64,000 nt of DNA from Eledone cirrhosa (lineage: Eukaryota): positions 40,796,001 to 40,860,000 of the forward strand of contig OZ024757.1 in the NCBI GenBank assembly GCA_964016885.1. Reading direction: 5' to 3'. Positions within the stretch are counted from its first letter, which is position 1. Every line of letters begins with the position of its first letter. Positions 58,905 through 64,000 of the stretch are shown one piece after another. The notes under the pieces were generated by a model. That model was not told where the DNA came from. It did no database searches and worked only from the letters and a program-made list of their open reading frames with translations. Made by a program: the position numbers and the translations under genes.

Positions 58905-58945
<41 letters not shown>

Positions 58946-58971
58946 TTGTGTGCGTGTGTATGTATATATAA

Positions 58972-59011
<40 letters not shown>

Positions 59012-59039
59012 GTATGTATATATATATATGTGTGTGTAT

Positions 59040-59147
59040 GTGTGTGTATACATATATAAATATATGCATCTATATATGTATATATATATATATTTGTATT
59101 TATATATATATGTGTGTGTATGAATTATATGTATATATTCATATATA

Positions 59148-59222
<75 letters not shown>

Positions 59223-59316
59223 ATATACGCACCACACCTATATATATACATGTATACATACACACACACACATATATATATATGTGTGTGTGTGTTTGTG
59301 TGCGTGTGTATGTATG

Positions 59317-59354
<38 letters not shown>

Positions 59355-59360
59355 CGTGAG

Positions 59361-59397
<37 letters not shown>

Positions 59398-59507
59398 ATG
59401 TGTGTGTATACATATATAAATATATGCATCTATATATGTATGTATATATATATTTGTATTTATATATATATGTGTGTGTATGAATTATATGTATATATTC
59501 ATATATA

Positions 59508-59580
<73 letters not shown>

Positions 59581-59633
59581 ATATACACACCACACCTATA
59601 TATATACATGTATACATACACACACACACACAC

Positions 59634-59660
<27 letters not shown>
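59040..59660. repeat. ~360-bp tandem duplication of low-complexity DNA
   Basis: TATATGCATCTATA...TGAATTATAT...CACCACACCTA is repeated 360 bp apart. Confidence 0.8.
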
Positions 59661-59664
<4 letters not shown>

Positions 59665-59810
59665 ATTTATTAGTCGGTTATTGTGGAAGCAACTGGTGTT
59701 ATGTCTCTGACAATCCACCCATCCTATCATCTGTCACAGAATAAATTCAATTAGTCTGGTTATATAAGTTAACAAGATTGGGGAGGGACAGAGAGTGAGG
59801 TAGAATGTGA

Positions 59811-59852
<42 letters not shown>

Positions 59853-60010
59853 CAGTGAGTGGGTGTTTATGTGGAGGAGTGAGGAGTGGTTAGTGTTTGA
59901 AGATGTAATATCTTCTGTTTGCTAACTATCTCTCGTACATTTTCACGTTTTTCTACAACTGTACACTTCAATAAATCTTCAGTGTATATATAATATATAT
60001 ATATGTATAA

Positions 60011-60084
<74 letters not shown>

Positions 60085-60089
60085 GTATA

Positions 60090-60137
<48 letters not shown>

Positions 60138-60237
60138 CATTTATATATATATATATATATATATATACATTATTTGTTTGTTAAAATAATCAAATTAAAT
60201 TTATTCAACAATTAAACACACATAGGAATAATAATGC

Positions 60238-61326
60238 TGTTACCAAAGACCCAGAAGATTGACAAGTCGACACTAAATATGACTAATAGTTCTAGGAAAG
60301 CCTGGTCTGAAGTTCGATTCTAGTCGGGAGTAGGGTTCCCGGTAAAACTTTACAGTTTTACAGGCTGTAAAATAAAAACAGAAAATGAGTTCATGTACCT
60401 CTTGACCAGGATTGAACCCAAGACCAGGATCTCCAGCGTCTCTAGTACTTACCACTAGGCCACAGACACAACTACGAAAATCTAATGAAAATTCATACTT
60501 ATAAACCTACTTTCAAAATGTTCAATATGAAATGATCTGGTGTCGTTCATGCCTTTCTTAATGTTATTGCTCCTAAATCATGCTTGTAAATCATTTGGGT
60601 GTTCCATAAACTACATCCTTGTTTTGTTTCTCATCTATCTAGACTATATTTTAACCTGTAATACATGTTTCATTTCAGTTACATCTCATTCCTTCCCCAC
60701 CTCTCTCTTTCTCTCTGTGATATTTGAATAGCGATAATAAAGTTGTTACCAAAGAGCCAGAAGATTGACAAGTCGACCCTAAATGTGACTCATAGTTCTA
60801 GGAAAACCATCAACAACACCACATCTTTTTAACTTTGAAAGTAGGTTTATAATTATCAATTTTCATTATACTTTAGTAGATGTCTCGGTGGACTAGTGGG
60901 AGGAATCATAGACGGTGGTGATCCTGGTCTGAAGTTCGATCCTGGTCGGGAGTAGTGTTCCAGGTAAAACTTTTCAGTTTTTTTCTATTGGCTGTAAAAT
61001 AAAACTAAAAATGGACCACTTGACCAGGATTGAACCCAAGACCATGATCTCCACCGACTCCAGTACCTACCACTAGGCCACAGAGACAACTACGAAAATC
61101 TAATGAAAAATCATACTTATAAACCTACTTTCAAAATTTTCAATATGAAATGATCTGGTGTCGTTCATGTCTTTCTTAATGTTATTGCTCCTACTTAAGG
61201 TCGACTTCTAAATCATTTGGGTGTTCCATAAACTACATCCTCGTTTTGTTTCTCATCTATCTAGACTATATTTTAACATGAAATCCATGTTTCATTTCTG
61301 TTGCACCTCATTTCTCTCCTCTCTAC

Positions 61327-61340
<14 letters not shown>
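60238..61340. repeat. Tandem duplication of a fold-back element with convergent tRNA-like Pol III heads
   Basis: Copies start at 60238 and 60744. Copy 2 has inverted arms 60814-60952 / 61017-61163, each with A and B boxes. Copy 1 lacks most of the left arm. Confidence 0.8.
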
Positions 61341-61403
<63 letters not shown>

Positions 61404-61488
61404 ATCTGAATCTACTCTGATTTGGGCTTACGTTATTCATATATATGTTTTTTGCATATCAGTTATATTCAAACTTACAATGATTAGC

Positions 61489-61527
<39 letters not shown>

Positions 61528-61568
61528 AGAAAGAGCGAGAAAGAGAGAGAGATTTAGTCAGATAGATA

Positions 61569-61622
<54 letters not shown>

Positions 61623-61623
61623 A

Positions 61624-61669
<46 letters not shown>

Positions 61670-61734
61670 TTATATATGTATATATAAATATATATATATA
61701 TATATAAATAAATTATATATGTATATGTATATAA

Positions 61735-61799
<65 letters not shown>

Positions 61800-61874
61800 A
61801 ATATATATATATACATATATATAAATATATATATAAATATATATATAAATATATATATAAATATATATATACAC

Positions 61875-62017
<143 letters not shown>

Positions 62018-62558
62018 GAGAGGGGGAGAGAATGAGAGAGAGACAGGGGAGAGATCTATATATAGATAGATAAATTGTACTAAAGAAACGAACAAAGGGC
62101 ATATCATTATAGGGATTCTTTGCCCTACAATTAAGCTCATACATATCCGATTGGGGTCTTAACTTGATCCGTTCTAGTATTGAAGAGCGTTCTCTTCACG
62201 TTATAATAAATCTTACACCGATTGCGCAATTTCAGAAGTTTCTCATGCTGCGTGATAGGAATACAGAAAATCGATTGATTCTTTCGTTGTACGTGTTCGT
62301 TCTCCCACTGGAACCTCGCCAATATAGATCAATTATGACTTCCTAAAGGAGTTAATTAGCGTAAATCATAAGAGAGCTTAATTGGAGTAAGGCAGGTATA
62401 GAAACAACACTGCTTTCTAAAGGAGAAAGAAATATGCCTATATATATATATACATTTATTTATTTCATATATATATATATATATATACGTGTGTGTGTGT
62501 GTGTATATGTATGTATATATACAGAAATATATGTATGTATATACACATTTATTTGTTT

Positions 62559-62592
<34 letters not shown>

Positions 62593-62934
62593 TATACATA
62601 TATATCCTATATATATTTAAAGATATAATTTATAGATATATATAAATATGATTTTTTCCCTTCATATTCTGCTTCGCTTAGACATCGATTTCTCCAGTAG
62701 TACTTATGATAGTGATAGAATAATAATGAAGGTTAAAGTAAGCCAGTTAGTGTGCCAGATCGAAATGCTGAGGGGGGCAGAAGTAATTTATCAATAATTT
62801 AGTTCACCTTCGTAACAAGAACCTGCTATTGGGACATACTTTAGATAAAGAATGTACTGGTTTGGTACATACAAAGTCGGTTATACATGCACTCACATAC
62901 ATACATACACACATACACGCACACATCCAAACAG

Positions 62935-63075
62935 TTCAGAGCTAGCTGTCGAAACGGCCGGAACTTAGCGGTCGGGGTCCTGACTCTTTTCCTATTAGCC
63001 CCTCTACTACCCTAGGTATCGAGTACTCTGGTGCGTTATGGTCCACCTTGTTCCTTACCACAATTCCTTCGTTAT
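62935..63075 (-). mobile_element. Family D element, single-arm form
   Basis: Reverse-complement homologue of 11357-11495, ending CCTTCGTTA-(TA). Confidence 0.8.
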
Positions 63076-63189
63076 ATACATATATATATGTATATATCAG
63101 GATTGATTCGGTTAGAAGCTGGTTAGAGCATTATTCACCAGAGTACTCGATACTTGGTGTAGTAGAGAATGGTTATGAGGGGTCCTGGC

Positions 63190-63450
63190 TCTTTTATAAG
63201 ATCGATAAATAACCCACTGAGCGTCGAGAAATAAACACAGAGGTCAATTTAATCGATTTACCCTTCCCCTTCAAATTGCTGGCCTTTTGCCTCTGATCCC
63301 ATCTTTACAGCCAAGAGTTACGTCCCTTTATGGTCTGAGTTCAAATTCCGCCGAGGTCAACTTTGCCGTTCATCCTTACGTGGTGGATAAAATAAAGTAC
63401 CAGTAATACACTGAGATAGTTGCTGGCCTTTTGCCTAATTCAAGAACCCA
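63190..63450 (+). mobile_element. SINE family 1, composite or nested fragments
   Basis: GAGTTCAAATTCCGCCGAGGTCAACTTTGCCGTTCATCCTTACG...GCTGGCCTTTTGCC, with a second tail upstream. Tail-only copies also occur at 54435-54478 and 63956-64000. Confidence 0.75.
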
Positions 63451-64000
63451 TTATTTTTACTTTTCTCACAGCTTCCCTTTATTTTATATCCACCGGAATA
63501 TAAAAGAAACTACAGCAACAACGACAATAACAAAAGTAAATAAATTAATTAATAAGCCAATAAAGAAAGAAAGAATTCCAGAATTAAACTAAATCGGATT
63601 CTGACTGTGAACATTTCAATCAATTAAATTTCAATTTATATCTTAATTCTGTTTTTTTTCTGTTTCTTTTTTTTTTTTTTTTTTTTTTCTAACAAACACA
63701 ATCGTATGTCGTAAAGATTATACATTGTGATTATAAAGTTTTGAATTTGGTTTTTATTATGAAAGGGGTGTTGAGGGGGTGGCAGATGTATTGAGAATGG
63801 TGGGAGGAGTTGAAAGTGATGGGGAAAGGAGGAGGATGGAGGTGGTGAGTGAGGTGCCTATGGAATGGTCAACATTTGTACGTTCAATTTTTGTGCAGGC
63901 TGATCTGTTGAGTCTATCACCTGGCACACGAGTCCTCGTAACCAGAGATTATTTTGCACTGGGTAATTGCTGGCCTTGTGCCTAAAGTAGAAACAATTAT

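Overview
This is AT-rich eukaryotic DNA saturated with microsatellites: (TA)n, (CA)n, (GA)n, (TAA)n, (ACT)n and (ATC)n. The SINE types suggest a cephalopod (Octopus-like) genome, which is an inference from recalled repeat consensus sequences. No host protein-coding gene can be supported, and nearly all listed ORFs are microsatellite artefacts. Recognisable content includes a 5'-truncated R4/Dong-type restriction-endonuclease retrotransposon inside a (TAA)n tract, RTE LINE fragments, several tRNA-derived SINE families and one tRNA-Arg(TCG). The main signal is a dense and diverse set of type I hammerhead ribozyme (HHR) motifs, about 20 copies in at least 7 unrelated sequence families. Most have the palindromic 'minimal' stem III known from Penelope-like elements and retrozymes. 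Several carry core variants: U3-A8, U3-G8, U10.1·U11.1, an extra A after A9, and a recurrent C·C mismatch in stem II. They lie in short non-coding elements embedded in (TA)n tracts and in fold-back palindromes. The most striking case is a 466-bp HHR unit present as two tandem copies facing two inverted tandem copies (52.0-54.0 kb), which could release a 466-nt retrozyme-like RNA from either strand. All folds were derived by eye and ribozyme activity is untested.
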